DNA of 64,000 nt from Candidatus Entotheonellaceae bacterium (GTDB taxonomy: Bacteria; Tectomicrobia; Entotheonellia; Entotheonellales; Entotheonellaceae): the NCBI GenBank assembly GCA_965238075.1, contig OZ250173.1, positions 544,001-608,000 of the forward strand, read 5' to 3'. The translations under genes were made by a program, and so were the position numbers. The notes under the pieces were generated by a model. It worked only from the letters and a program-made list of their open reading frames with translations. It made no database searches and was not told the origin of the DNA. The stretch's first letter is position 1; each line of letters starts with the position of its first letter. Of this stretch, positions 10,386-19,912 are shown piece after piece.

Positions 10386-10460
10386 CAACCAACCCAAGTA
10401 TGATCAGGACGAAATCCACCACCACTCTTCCTACTCCCCACGACTTCCCAATAGGAGCGG

Positions 10461-11147
10461 TTATGTCAGCTTCTCGATTTCAAAAGTGGACAGTGATAGG
10501 CGAGTGTCGATAATCTCCGGTTTTGGATCAGGGTAGTCGGCGGTCAACCTTTCAAGTCTGCACTTTATATTTTCCTCTTCGCAGTGAGGCCCGATCAATA
10601 TCTCACGAAGTGTCAACCGGTCTTCAAAAGGGAAGTAATACAATCCAGTAACTGGGTCTGGTTCCGGGTCTATTTTTCTGTACATACGCCATTCCTCCTC
10701 ATATTCCCAACCACGGAATTTGACTAATCCCTTGTTCAGCCAGGGTATCATGGCGCTCTCAAATTCTATTCCACAGATCTCATAACCAGAACTAGGTTCA
10801 AGTCTCTGGGACTCATACTTCACTTCAAATACTTGTCGAAATGCACCACTAATGTCATAAATCCTTACATCGAAGCCAAGACATACACCCTTGCCTTTGT
10901 CAGCATAATGTCCCCATAACAAAGGATTCTTATATGTCTTACTTAAACAAAGCATTGCCAAAGACATTGCACGTCTGCATCTTTCATATCCTTGGTAAGA
11001 TTCTCGCATTTCACCTCGATACGGCAGCCATTCGAAAAGATCGTTTGTCTTATCCAGCTCAGCAGCCTTCAGTCGGCGGTCTCTTATGGCCTTCAAGGAG
11101 TATTTTGCGGTTGTGAAGTGATAAAGCTGCTTTGTCTCTTCTGGCAC
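10461..11147 (-). CDS. DUF2971 domain protein
   Basis: LYHFT, NDLFE, LLWGHYADKGKGVCLGFD, KxxxWEYEEEWR motifs; low GC; GTG start after GAGGAG. Confidence 0.8.
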   Translation of the reverse strand: MPEETKQLYHFTTAKYSLKAIRDRRLKAAELDKTNDLFEWLPYRGEMRESYQGYERCRRAMSLAMLCLSKTYKNPLLWGHYADKGKGVCLGFDVRIYDISGAFRQVFEVKYESQRLEPSSGYEICGIEFESAMIPWLNKGLVKFRGWEYEEEWRMYRKIDPEPDPVTGLYYFPFEDRLTLREILIGPHCEEENIKCRLERLTADYPDPKPEIIDTRLSLSTFEIEKLT

Positions 11148-11468
11148 CTGTTCTCTCCTCCACCTTCCGATAATGCCTTTTCTGTTAACTTTCAAGACCT
11201 CATTGGAAATTCTGAAATCCCCGAAAACACCGGCTTTCCGTGCTTCGGTGGGCCTGCGGCCGCCGACGCCCCACCGCAAGGGGTATTTTTAGGCGAAAAA
11301 CGCGAAACGGGGGGCACGCTTGAAAGGGTTGCTTTCCGACTTCCAAGTGGGACAAAATAGGGCCGTCGCAGACGCCGCGACACGCAGCAAGTTCGGATCA
11401 ACGGCCCCTCATCGGATGCCTTAGGCAAGGCGATTTGTAGCAACGTCGCTCGAAAAGTGGGCACCCCA

Positions 11469-11705
11469 CTACGGTGTTGTCCCCCTGCCGCCGGTCCGCT
11501 CCATCAGAGCCGACAGCGCCTGCATGCTCTCCTTGTGCTGATTCGCCAGCGCTTGCGCGGTCTCCGCGTGTTGTTTGTCCATTTGCCGATCTCCGGACTC
11601 CGAAGCCGCCCGCATTTTTTTCAAGCCGGCCCAGATCAGGCCGCATTACGCAAGACCCACGCCGAAACTTAGAACGACGCCAGCGGAGCTCACCCAAGTT
11701 GCCAC
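11469..11705 (-). pseudogene. Small membrane-anchored coiled-coil protein remnant with internal TAA
   Basis: VATWVSSAGVVLSFGVGLA*CGLIWAGLKKMRAASESGDRQMDKQHAET...LMERTGG; TAA at 11646-11648 (possibly CAA>TAA). Confidence 0.45.
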
Positions 11706-11750
11706 ACGTCCACATTCACCAACTTAACGTCAAGCACTTGAAACGGCGGA

Positions 11751-12236
11751 TCAGCCGCCCGCACTACCCAAACCTCGCAGCACCTTGGGCGGCAGGTAGG
11801 CACGCAGAACCATGCCGCCGGGGCGCAATGGGCCTTCCAACCACGCAACCCCGCCCTTCTTGAAGGCGAACATGGCGCCAGACGCGGGTGAGCCGGTGAT
11901 GAGCCAGGCCAGCAATTCGCTCATCCATGGTTCATGGCCGACAAGCGCGGCGGGTGTTTGATCGATTTCATGGAGTAGGTCTGTCTCAGGTGGGCGGGCC
12001 AATGCTTGGGTCGGTAGGAGATCGCCTTTCAGGACGGGTTCGAGGAGGGCAGCGGTCTCGACGGCGCGCAGCCAGGGGCTATGATGTACACGCCGCAGCC
12101 GAATGCCCAGATGCTGCATGCCGGCCACGGCCTGGGTAAATCGTTCGCGGCCCTGGCGGGTTAATGGGCGCTCGGCATCCGGCAATGTCAGGCTGCGCGG
12201 CGCGGCGATGGCGTGGCGAATGAGAAACAGTTCCAT
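11751..12236 (-). CDS. sixA: Phosphohistidine phosphatase SixA
   Basis: LIRHAIA, RPLT, SPWLRAVETA, LVGHEP, FKKGG. Confidence 0.88.
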   Translation of the reverse strand: MELFLIRHAIAAPRSLTLPDAERPLTRQGRERFTQAVAGMQHLGIRLRRVHHSPWLRAVETAALLEPVLKGDLLPTQALARPPETDLLHEIDQTPAALVGHEPWMSELLAWLITGSPASGAMFAFKKGGVAWLEGPLRPGGMVLRAYLPPKVLRGLGSAGG

Positions 12237-12254
12237 GAGCAAGGATTCCGGTTT

Positions 12255-13088
12255 TCAGGGTCGTGTAGCAGTTTGGATTTCCCCCTCACCCCAACGCTCT
12301 CCCGCCAGGAGAGAGGGAGCAGGAATGGCATCGCTTGCCGCAACTAGCGCCGCACCCTGCGGCAGGGCTGCTAACGCGGCGCCCACAATGCCTGCGTTGT
12401 TGAGCATTTGGGCCGTCACCACCTCCGTCTGAAGCGTGAGGAGGGGGAGGAATTTATCCGAATTCTTGCTCACCCCACCGCCCACAATCATCAGGTCCGG
12501 CCAGAAGTAGTATTCCATCCGGTGCAGATAGTCGTCCAAGCGTCGAGCCCACTTGGCCCAACTGAGGTTCTGGCGTTTGCGCACAATGGCGGCAGCGTGC
12601 TTCTCGGCAGTCTTGCCGCGGAACTCGACTTGCCCCAGCTCGGTGTTGGGCACCAAATGACCGTTCATGAACAGCGCCGTGCCAATGCCAGTGCCCAACG
12701 TCAGAATCATCACCACGCCGGCGCGCCCGCGCCCGGCGCCGAAGCGCATTTCGGCAAGCCCGGCGGCGTCGGCATCATTGATCACCGTGACCGGGCGCCC
12801 GACTGCCTGCTGGAACAATTCGACAGCGGATTCGCCGATCCAGTCCCTGGAGATATTGACCGCCGTCAGCGCCCGGCCGTGCCGTACCGCGGCCGGGAAG
12901 CCGCAGCCGATGGGGCCGGACCAATTGAAATGCCTGACGATCTGAGCCACCACTTGGCTTACGGCCTCAGGCTCGGCCCTCTCGGGTGTCGGAATACGCA
13001 GCCGTTCGGCAGTCATGTCGCCGGTGCGCGTGTTCACCAGCGCGCCTTTAATGCCGGAGGCGCCAATATCGATGCCGAGAATTTCCAC
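12255..13088 (-). CDS. ppgK: Polyphosphate glucokinase (ROK family)
   Basis: GIDIGASGIKGA, NDADAAGLAEMRFGAG, TLGTGIGTALF, PNTELG, GGGVSK, NNAGIVGAA. Confidence 0.9.
   Translation of the reverse strand: MEILGIDIGASGIKGALVNTRTGDMTAERLRIPTPERAEPEAVSQVVAQIVRHFNWSGPIGCGFPAAVRHGRALTAVNISRDWIGESAVELFQQAVGRPVTVINDADAAGLAEMRFGAGRGRAGVVMILTLGTGIGTALFMNGHLVPNTELGQVEFRGKTAEKHAAAIVRKRQNLSWAKWARRLDDYLHRMEYYFWPDLMIVGGGVSKNSDKFLPLLTLQTEVVTAQMLNNAGIVGAALAALPQGAALVAASDAIPAPSLLAGERWGEGEIQTATRP
12281..12320. repeat. REP-like hairpin (CCCCTCACCCC family) inside ppgK 3' end
   Basis: CCCCCTCACCCCAACGCTCTCCCGCCAGGAGAGAGGGAGC; related copies at ~1638-1678 and 43001-43035. Confidence 0.6.
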
Positions 13089-13156
13089 AGCCGACCTCCT
13101 GAAAAATCAGTGGCCAGTGGCTTGGTGACCGGCAAGGCAGGATTTTGCTAGCCGAG

Positions 13157-13906
13157 TTATTGAGCCGTGAAACCGCCGTCGATGACCAGTTCGGTACCCG
13201 TGACGAACGACGATTCGTCGCTCGCGAGGTACAGCACGCCGTAGGCAATGTCATCGGTCGACCCGACGTAACCCAGGGGAATCATGGACGTCCGTTCCTC
13301 GCGGTCCGGGCCGAAAGCCTCCTTGAGCATCTCGGTATCAATGGGTCCAGGGTGAATGGAGTTGCAACGAATGCCGTCTTTGGCGTGCTGCAACGCCACG
13401 GTTTTGGTGAACAGGCGCACCGCGCCTTTGGAGGCGGTGTAGGACGGCGAGCCGTAGGGGCTACCGACCAGGCCGGCTGTCGAGGAGATATTGACAATAG
13501 AGCCGCCGCCCGCCCGACGCATGGCGGCCACGGCGTGCTTGGCGCCCAGGAAGACACCCTTGACGTTCACCGCCAGAATCTGGTCCAGGTCGTCCTCGGT
13601 AGTTTCTTCGAGGCCCTTGCGGATGTATATGCCGGCGTTGTTCACCAGCACGTTCAGCTTGCCGTAGAGCTTTTCCGTGGTCTGCACCGCCGACCGCCAG
13701 GCGTCTTCGTTGGTGACGTCCAGGTGGATATAGGTGGCGTTGCCGCCGGCGGCGTGCAGGTCGGCCTCGACTTGACGGCCTTCGTCGTCCAGAATATCGC
13801 CCATGACGACGCTGGCGCCCTCCTGCACAAACAGGCGCGCCTCGGTGGCGCCCTGCCCGCGCGCGCCACCACTGATCAATGCGACCTTGCCATCAAGCCG
13901 GCCCAT
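13157..13906 (-). CDS. Short-chain dehydrogenase/reductase (3alpha,20beta-HSD/cyclopentanol dehydrogenase-like)
   Basis: SGGARGQG, NNAG, YTASK. Confidence 0.92.
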   Translation of the reverse strand: MGRLDGKVALISGGARGQGATEARLFVQEGASVVMGDILDDEGRQVEADLHAAGGNATYIHLDVTNEDAWRSAVQTTEKLYGKLNVLVNNAGIYIRKGLEETTEDDLDQILAVNVKGVFLGAKHAVAAMRRAGGGSIVNISSTAGLVGSPYGSPSYTASKGAVRLFTKTVALQHAKDGIRCNSIHPGPIDTEMLKEAFGPDREERTSMIPLGYVGSTDDIAYGVLYLASDESSFVTGTELVIDGGFTAQ

Positions 13907-14027
13907 TCCGATCTCCTTATGCCTCCGTGTTGATCCGATTGCCATCTTTGATTAGGCTGGGGCGCCTATCATACGGTATCCCTTATCGGAAACGAAACGT
14001 GACCCCACCGCCCGGAGAGAAACCGCC

Positions 14028-14624
14028 GTGATTGCCGACCCGACACGCTTCGAGACCGCCATCGCCCGCTTCGACGCTGCCAACGCCGAAGACCCCAACA
14101 CCGAAGAGATGGACGGCGTTTCCCACCCGAAGGAATTGCTTTATGCCCAACGCATAACCGCCTGGCTGGACAAGCTGACACCCGATGCGTCGGAGGCTCT
14201 GCGGTTAGCGACACGCGCCCAGCACATCCGCCGCTGGGCCATCCCGCGGCGCGATTACCCGATGACCCGCACCGGCTACCTGAAGTGGCGCACCACCCTG
14301 TATCGTTTTCACGCCGATACCGCCGGCGACATTCTGCGCGAGGTCGGTTACGACGACGCCATGGTCGCCGCGGTGCAATCCCTGCTGCGCAAGGAACGCC
14401 TGAAGCGCAATCCCGACATGCAATGCCTGGAAGACGTCATCTGCCTCGTCTTCCTGGAAAGCTACTTCGCCAATTTCGCCCCGCAGTACGACGAGCAAAA
14501 GGTCATCGACATCCTGCGCAAGACATGGAGGAAAATGTCCCCACAAGGCCAGTCAGCAGCCCGCGGCCTGGCCCTGCCGCCGGCAGCGCACGCATTGCTG
14601 GAAAAGGCATTGGCAACACCGTGA
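14028..14624 (+). CDS. DUF4202 family protein
   Basis: FDAANAEDPN, RAQHIRRW, GYLKWR, LEDVICLVFL, ILRKTWRKMS. Confidence 0.85.
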   Translation: MIADPTRFETAIARFDAANAEDPNTEEMDGVSHPKELLYAQRITAWLDKLTPDASEALRLATRAQHIRRWAIPRRDYPMTRTGYLKWRTTLYRFHADTAGDILREVGYDDAMVAAVQSLLRKERLKRNPDMQCLEDVICLVFLESYFANFAPQYDEQKVIDILRKTWRKMSPQGQSAARGLALPPAAHALLEKALATP

Positions 14625-14769
14625 AAGCCGGCGCAAACGGCACGTTTCGGCGCCCCGCGGCTGTTGCTTTGCCGGCGCCATCTTTGTTATGCTAGCGAGC
14701 CTTGTTTGCCGTGCAGCGCGCTCCAGGTCGTCTGGGACGACAGCCGTTTTGTACCCCCAGGAGAAGATC

Positions 14770-15972
14770 ATGCAAAGCGAAGACATTTTGATGTGCCCCG
14801 GCCCCAACGACATGTCCGACCGCGTCATCCGAGCCATGATGCGCCCCGCCGCCGCCCCTGCCTCGGAAGAGTTTCAGGAACTGTATGAACGGACGCTGGA
14901 CATGCTGGCGCAGATTTACCAGACGACCAACGAGGTGGTGCCCATTCCGGGGTCGGGCCGCAGCGGCCTGGAAGCGGCAATCAGCAGCGTCCTGGAACCC
15001 GGCGACCGCACCCTCACGATCGCCAACGGGCACTTCGGGGGCGTCGCCATGCACATCGTCAGCGGCATTGGCGGCAAGCCGGAAGCGTTTCAGGAACCTT
15101 GGGGCAGCGTCATCGACATGGACGCCTTCGCCGCCAAGCTGGCCAGCGGCTCGTACAAGCTTGTGACCCTGGTACACAACGAAACCTCCAGCGGCGCCGT
15201 GTATCAGGCCCAGGAAATCGCACGCCTGACTCACGAGCACGGCGCCCTGTTTTTGCTGGATGCGGTATCGTCCCTGGCCGGCGCTGACCTGCGTACCGAC
15301 GAGTGGGACATCGACCTCGTCGTGTCCTGCAACCACAAAGCCATTGGCGCCCCGATCGGCCACGCCCACGTGGTAGTAGGCGAGCGCGCCTGGAAGGCAA
15401 TGGAACAGCGCACGAAACCCTGCGGCACGGTGTTCGGCAATCTGATGAATTGGAAGTCCCAGGTCGACCCCACCGCCAACGGCGGCAGAGCCAAGAAACG
15501 GACGTACGGTGTTTTCCCGGCCGTTCACCTCTTTTATGCCATGCACGAAGCATTCACCGCGGTTCTGGAGGAGGGCTTGGCGCCCCGGTTCGCCCGCCAC
15601 CGCCTGAACGCCGAGGCATTCCGCGAGGGCGTCATCGGGCTGGGCCTGAGACCCTTGGCGCATCCGGACGTGGCATCGCCCACCGTCACCTGCGTGCAAC
15701 TCCCCGAGGGCATCACGTCCAATGAATTTCTGTACCACTTCCGGCATGACCACGGTCTATTCACCCTGCCGGGCCTCGGCGATTTCCAGGACACCGCCGT
15801 GCGCATAGGCCACATGGGGGTCACCGCCACGCCACGCAACATTCTTCACACTCTTCACGCCTTCGACCACATTTTGTACCGCTTAGGCCATCTCCATGAC
15901 CGCGGCGCGGGCATTGCCAGAGCCGAGGAGATTTATCAGGCAGCGGAACAGGCAGCCCCAGTGACGGTATAG
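14770..15972 (+). CDS. Class V PLP aminotransferase (alanine-glyoxylate/serine-pyruvate family)
   Basis: MCPGP, VHNETSSG, DAVSSLAG, SCNHKAIG (PLP lysine), RIGHMG. Confidence 0.9.
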   Translation: MQSEDILMCPGPNDMSDRVIRAMMRPAAAPASEEFQELYERTLDMLAQIYQTTNEVVPIPGSGRSGLEAAISSVLEPGDRTLTIANGHFGGVAMHIVSGIGGKPEAFQEPWGSVIDMDAFAAKLASGSYKLVTLVHNETSSGAVYQAQEIARLTHEHGALFLLDAVSSLAGADLRTDEWDIDLVVSCNHKAIGAPIGHAHVVVGERAWKAMEQRTKPCGTVFGNLMNWKSQVDPTANGGRAKKRTYGVFPAVHLFYAMHEAFTAVLEEGLAPRFARHRLNAEAFREGVIGLGLRPLAHPDVASPTVTCVQLPEGITSNEFLYHFRHDHGLFTLPGLGDFQDTAVRIGHMGVTATPRNILHTLHAFDHILYRLGHLHDRGAGIARAEEIYQAAEQAAPVTV

Positions 15973-15982
15973 GGAGGCTGCC

Positions 15983-16759
15983 TTGGCACAGCGAGAGCGC
16001 TTTCCGGTTGGGCCGTTCTTCAAAGCCAGTCTGAAAACACACTCGGTCACGGCGCTCTGCGACCTCTTGCACAGCGGCCAGATCGTGCAGCACGGCCTCA
16101 TTCCCTGGGGCTCGAATTACACCTTTCTGGTCACGATGGACGTGCAGCAGCCGCACCTGATGCTGGCGGTCTACAAGCCCCGGCGAGGCGAAACACCGTT
16201 GTGGGATTTCCCCAACGGGACGCTGTACAGGCGGGAACGCGCAGCGTTCGTACTCAGCGAGGCACTCGGCTGGAGCTTGGTGCCGCCGACGATCGTTCGG
16301 CACGGTCCCAACGGGGTCGGCTCGCTGCAGTTGTACGTGCATCATCGGGAGGAGGAGGCGGATTACTTCGCCCTCCACGAACAGCACGGGCCGGAGATGC
16401 AGGCCATGGCGGCGTTCGATCTCATTTCCAACAATACCGACCGCAAAGCCGGCCACTGCCTGCGCGATGAAGAAGGGCACATCTGGGGGATCGACCACGG
16501 CCTGACGTTTCACACCGACCCGAAGCTGCGCACGGTGATCTGGGATTTCGGGGGCCAACACGTTCCCAAGCGCCTGTTGCGGGACGTGCGCCGAGTGCGG
16601 GACGATTTGCGCAATCACTGCGGCTTGGTGGGCGAGCTGGACGACCTGCTTTTCCCCGAGGAAGTCGACGCGCTCGCCTATCGCATGCAGGCTCTGCTGA
16701 AAAGACCCGAGTTTCCCTGCCTGCGCACGCGGCGGGGCGTTCCTTGGCCGTTTTACTGA
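15983..16759 (+). CDS. SCO1664 family protein (PI3/4-kinase-like fold)
   Basis: GSNYTFL, YKPRRGETPLWDFPNGTL, NNTDRKAGH, IDHGLTF, PWP C-terminus. Confidence 0.85.
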   Translation: MAQRERFPVGPFFKASLKTHSVTALCDLLHSGQIVQHGLIPWGSNYTFLVTMDVQQPHLMLAVYKPRRGETPLWDFPNGTLYRRERAAFVLSEALGWSLVPPTIVRHGPNGVGSLQLYVHHREEEADYFALHEQHGPEMQAMAAFDLISNNTDRKAGHCLRDEEGHIWGIDHGLTFHTDPKLRTVIWDFGGQHVPKRLLRDVRRVRDDLRNHCGLVGELDDLLFPEEVDALAYRMQALLKRPEFPCLRTRRGVPWPFY

Positions 16760-16776
16760 TCCCGAAGGGTGTAATC

Positions 16777-17220
16777 ATGGAGTGGACGGAAATACTTCAG
16801 CGCATCGAGGTGGGAGAAGGCGAGGACACCGAATTCAAGCGCGGGCTCGGGGATTTCTCCGCCATCGGCAGAGCGGTCTGCGCTTTCGCGAACACCGAAG
16901 GGGGCGTCATCATTCTGGGCGTCACCGATTCGCAGAGCATCATCGGCGTCAACGAGAATGCCGACGAGGTTCAAGAACGCCTAGAGACGTTTCTGCGGAC
17001 GGGATGCAGCGCACCGGTCAACGGGCAGTGCGGCCGTCACGAGGACCCGAATGGATGGGTGCACTGGATTGAAATCTCGCACCAGGACCAGCCGGAACCC
17101 TTGCGTTACGAAGGCCGCGTGTGGGTAAGGCGTGAATGCAGCAGCGTGGAACCGTCGCCATCAGAGTTGCAGGAACTCTACAACACGTCGGACAAGCCCT
17201 CATCGGGAAGCATTGGATAG
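16777..17220 (+). CDS. Schlafen AlbA_2 domain protein, stand-alone/truncated
   Basis: GEGEDTEFKR, VCAFANTEGGVIILGVTD; ends directly after the AlbA_2 domain. Confidence 0.75.
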   Translation: MEWTEILQRIEVGEGEDTEFKRGLGDFSAIGRAVCAFANTEGGVIILGVTDSQSIIGVNENADEVQERLETFLRTGCSAPVNGQCGRHEDPNGWVHWIEISHQDQPEPLRYEGRVWVRRECSSVEPSPSELQELYNTSDKPSSGSIG

Positions 17221-17247
17221 CTACTCCCTTCTCCCGCAAGTTCCCTT

Positions 17248-18390
17248 CTACAGATTGATCTCCTGGGCGACCAGCTCGCGGTGATAGGTGGCGTCGCCAA
17301 AGGTGAATTCGGCGTACTTGGCGCGCTTGAAATACAGGTGCATGTCGTGCTCCCACGTGAAGCCGATGCCGCCGTGCACCTGGATGCCCTCGCCTGCGGT
17401 GTAGCGATAGGCGTCGCTGCAATAAGCCTTGGCCATGGACACGGCCAGGGGGGCTTCGGGCACGTCCTCATCGACGGCCCAGGCGGCATAGTAGGCAGCG
17501 GATTTGGCCGACTCCACCTGCAGCATCATCTCGGCGCATTTATGCTTGATGGCCTGGAAGCTGCCGATGGGGCGCCCGAACTGGATGCGTTCCTTGGCGT
17601 AGGCCACGCTGATGTCGAGCACCCGCTGCGCCCCGCCAACCATCTCGGCACACAGCGCGGCGGTGCATATGTGCAGCACTTTCGACAGCACCGGCCAGCC
17701 CGTATCGACGGTGCCGATCAGACGGTCGCGCCCGACGGTCACGTTGTCGAACACCACTTCGCACTGCTTGCGGGTCTGGTCCATAGTCTTGAGGAGGGTG
17801 ACGGAAATGCCGGGTGTGTCGCGCTCCACCAGGAACAGACTGATGCCGAAGCTCTTGTCCCCGGACGTTTTTGTACGCGCCGCCACGACCATCACATCGG
17901 CAGCGTGGGCGTCGGGCACGAACAGCTTGGTGCCGGAGATTGTGAAGCCGTCCGCCGCGGGAGTGGCTTTCACATCCTCGATACCCTCCGCCTCGAAACG
18001 GCCCGAGGGTTCCGTCATTGCCAGGGTAGCGATCAGTGAGCCGTCGGCGATTTTCGGCAAATAAGTTTTCTTCTGCTCCTCCGAACCGCCGAGCAGGATG
18101 GTCTGGCCCGCCAAGAGCACCGATGAGAAGAACGGCGACGGCAGCAGCGCGGCACCCATTTCTTCCAGAATGACCGTCAGATCGACAAACCCCAGGCCCT
18201 GGCCGCCGTATTCTTCGGGAAACGCCAGCCCGAGCCACCCGAGGGCGGCCATCTGCTGCCAAAGCTCAGGCGAGTAGCCGCGCTCATCTTCCATCATCTG
18301 CCGCACGAAGGCGCTGGTGCAGTACTCGGTCAAGAAATCGTGCGCCGCCTGCCGCAGCATGTCCTGCTCTTCGCTAAAGCCAAAATCCAT
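17248..18390 (-). CDS. Acyl-CoA dehydrogenase family protein
   Basis: AMTEP, GTKLFV, RIQFGRPIGSFQAIKH, QVHGGIGFTWEH. Confidence 0.93.
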   Translation of the reverse strand: MDFGFSEEQDMLRQAAHDFLTEYCTSAFVRQMMEDERGYSPELWQQMAALGWLGLAFPEEYGGQGLGFVDLTVILEEMGAALLPSPFFSSVLLAGQTILLGGSEEQKKTYLPKIADGSLIATLAMTEPSGRFEAEGIEDVKATPAADGFTISGTKLFVPDAHAADVMVVAARTKTSGDKSFGISLFLVERDTPGISVTLLKTMDQTRKQCEVVFDNVTVGRDRLIGTVDTGWPVLSKVLHICTAALCAEMVGGAQRVLDISVAYAKERIQFGRPIGSFQAIKHKCAEMMLQVESAKSAAYYAAWAVDEDVPEAPLAVSMAKAYCSDAYRYTAGEGIQVHGGIGFTWEHDMHLYFKRAKYAEFTFGDATYHRELVAQEINL

Positions 18391-18494
18391 CGGTCAAACC
18401 TCCTGAATGGTGATGGCGCGGTGCCCATCTGCGCATAGAAAGACGCCCCCAACCAGAAACAGTCGAGGGCGTTCCAGGTGTGTGTCGGTAACGG

Positions 18495-19595
18495 CTAAAG
18501 AACGGTCTGTTCGGTCTTCGTATCGAAGAGGTGGGCGCGATCCATATTGAAGCTCACCTGGATTTCGTCGTGCATGCGGGCGCGTAGGGTGGGTTCCATG
18601 CGTGCGGAGAAGTTCTCGCCCTTGCAGGACAATTCCAGGATGATCTCGGCACCGAGTGGTTCAAGCACCTCCACCGTGGCGCTGAGCGGCTCGGAGAAGT
18701 TGCCGTCGCCACTGCCGGCAGGCACCACGTCTTCCGGGCGGATGCCGAAGACGACGGGCTGATTGACGTAACTTTCCACTTGCTTGGCCTTATCGGCAGG
18801 CAACGTCAGGCGGGAGCCTTTAACGTCGACCTGTACGGCGCCGTTGTCCTGCACCAGCATACCCTCCAGGAAATTCATGGCTGGGCTGCCGATGAAACCG
18901 GCCACGAATTGGTTCTGCGGCTCGTTGTAAACCTCCATGGGCGAGCCGACCTGCTGGATGAAGCCGTTGCGCATCACGACGATGCGGTCGCCCATGGTCA
19001 TGGCCTCGACCTGATCGTGGGTGACGTAAATCATGGTGGCATCGAGGCGATCGTGCAGCTTGATGAGCTCGGCGCGCATGTTCACCCGCAGCTTGGCGTC
19101 GAGGTTGCTGAGTGGCTCATCGAACAGGAAAACCTCCGGCTGCCGCACGATCGCTCGTCCAACTGCAACCCGCTGACGCTGCCCGCCGGAGAGCTGCTTC
19201 GGCTTGCGGTCCAGAAGTTCGCCAATGCCCAGGATGTCGGCCGCCGCTTTGACCCGTTGTTCGATTTCGGCTCTGGGCGTGCGGCGCAATTTCAACGAGA
19301 AGGCCATGTTCTTGAAGACGGTCATGTGGGGATAGAGCGCGTAGTTCTGAAACACCATGGCGATATTGCGGTCCTTCGGCGGCACGTCGTTCACCAGCCG
19401 GTCGCCAATACGAATCTCTCCACCAGAAATATCCTCCAAACCGGCAACCATGCGCAGGGTGGTCGTTTTACCGCATCCGGAGGGACCGACCAATACTACA
19501 AATTCTTTGTCCTGAATATCGAGATTCACGCTGTTGACAGCAATCACTTCTTCCGAAAATTTCTTTACAAGATCCCTCAAGATGACCTGTGCCAT
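18495..19595 (-). CDS. Sugar/sn-glycerol-3-phosphate ABC transporter ATP-binding subunit (MalK/UgpC-like)
   Basis: GPSGCGKTT, LSGGQRQR, DEPLSNLDAKLR, TOBE C-terminus. Confidence 0.95.
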   Translation of the reverse strand: MAQVILRDLVKKFSEEVIAVNSVNLDIQDKEFVVLVGPSGCGKTTTLRMVAGLEDISGGEIRIGDRLVNDVPPKDRNIAMVFQNYALYPHMTVFKNMAFSLKLRRTPRAEIEQRVKAAADILGIGELLDRKPKQLSGGQRQRVAVGRAIVRQPEVFLFDEPLSNLDAKLRVNMRAELIKLHDRLDATMIYVTHDQVEAMTMGDRIVVMRNGFIQQVGSPMEVYNEPQNQFVAGFIGSPAMNFLEGMLVQDNGAVQVDVKGSRLTLPADKAKQVESYVNQPVVFGIRPEDVVPAGSGDGNFSEPLSATVEVLEPLGAEIILELSCKGENFSARMEPTLRARMHDEIQVSFNMDRAHLFDTKTEQTVL

Positions 19596-19912
19596 CGGTG
19601 TCCCTCCTTCATGGCAACTGAATCTCAACCAGTTTGGCCCGCTCCACTGTCTAGGCGGATGCGAACCAGGATAATCCCCGTGCCGGCACCTGACAAGAAG
19701 ATAACCGGAAGAATATCTTCAGGTTTTGGGCACGGTTTAGCGACTATACTACGCGACACGCGCCATATCCAGGAAAACCCTTCGTGCCCCGTGGTAAGCA
19801 CATAACGCTATCAAGTATTTTAGCCAAGTCCTCTCACGACTCATCCGCATTCTTCCCAACTTCGGCAACCCTGGCCTGCACGTCATCCGGCACGTTTGAT
19901 CCCTCCCCCCCC

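Noticed and set aside
11200-11460. Structured non-coding stretch, possible ncRNA or phage end
   Set aside because: No recognisable RNA family, att site or repeat could be demonstrated by eye.
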